Part shown: one piece after another, positions 63,980 to 64,000 of the stretch
How the letters are laid out: each line of letters starts with the position of its first letter
Numbering within the stretch: the stretch's first letter is position 1
Source: an uncultured Verrucomicrobiae bacterium
GTDB taxonomy: Bacteria > Verrucomicrobiota > Verrucomicrobiia > Opitutales > Opitutaceae
NCBI GenBank assembly: GCA_963747795.1
Contig: CAVVGS010000016.1
Coordinates: 13,805 to 77,804 of the forward strand
Length of the DNA stretch: 64,000 nt
Direction: 5' to 3'
Notes under the pieces: model-generated
What the model was told of the DNA's origin: nothing
What the model saw: the letters and a program-made list of their open reading frames with translations, nothing else
The model's database searches: none
Made by a program: the position numbers and the translations under genes

Positions 63980-64000
63980 GGACGGCCTCCGGTTGCGGCG

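Noticed and set aside
1-64000. CRISPR arrays, rRNA genes, tmRNA/RNase P/SRP RNA
   Set aside because: I saw no regularly spaced short direct repeats and no rRNA-like or other recognisable housekeeping RNA sequence in the intergenic regions. This rests on visual scanning only.

Overview
GC-rich bacterial chromosomal segment. I call about 57 protein genes and one tRNA, and found no rRNA, CRISPR array, integrase or transposase. Taxon cannot be fixed without a database search.

Most of the window is core metabolism and envelope functions:
- Nucleotide, amino-acid and tRNA/rRNA genes: adk, queG, aroK, purD, glyA, rsmB, ptsI and a pyrF-ispD-ispF operon with ispE nearby.
- Two hybrid sensor kinases, several DMT/MFS/LysE transporters, an FKBP isomerase and a U32 peptidase.
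- A ferredoxin plus 13-haem cytochrome c/cytochrome b fusion.
- A type-II-FAS-like lipid cluster with an ACP-dehydratase fusion.
- At the right edge, a cytosolic [NiFe]-hydrogenase (small subunit, large subunit, maturation protease) followed by a GltD-like NAD(P)H oxidoreductase.

Many neighbouring genes are translationally coupled through ATGA/GTGA overlaps.

The clearly accessory part is a ~4.3 kb lower-GC stretch after tRNA-Val(GAC), at 48.2-52.5 kb. It is bounded by ~74-nt direct repeats that include the tRNA 3' end. It carries an AbiEii/AbiEi pair, a Gly/His-tailed lipoprotein, a probably truncated VOC gene and a VapBC pair.

The most unusual signal is non-coding: a family of long foldback elements at 26.6, 27.8, 32.4 and 36.5 kb.
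- They share end sequences.
- They show base-pair-compensating substitutions between copies.
- Their outermost inverted repeats differ at each locus.

Six frame disruptions occur in four genes. All lie in the first 22 kb and three of the six sit in homopolymer runs, so they may be sequencing or assembly errors rather than biology.
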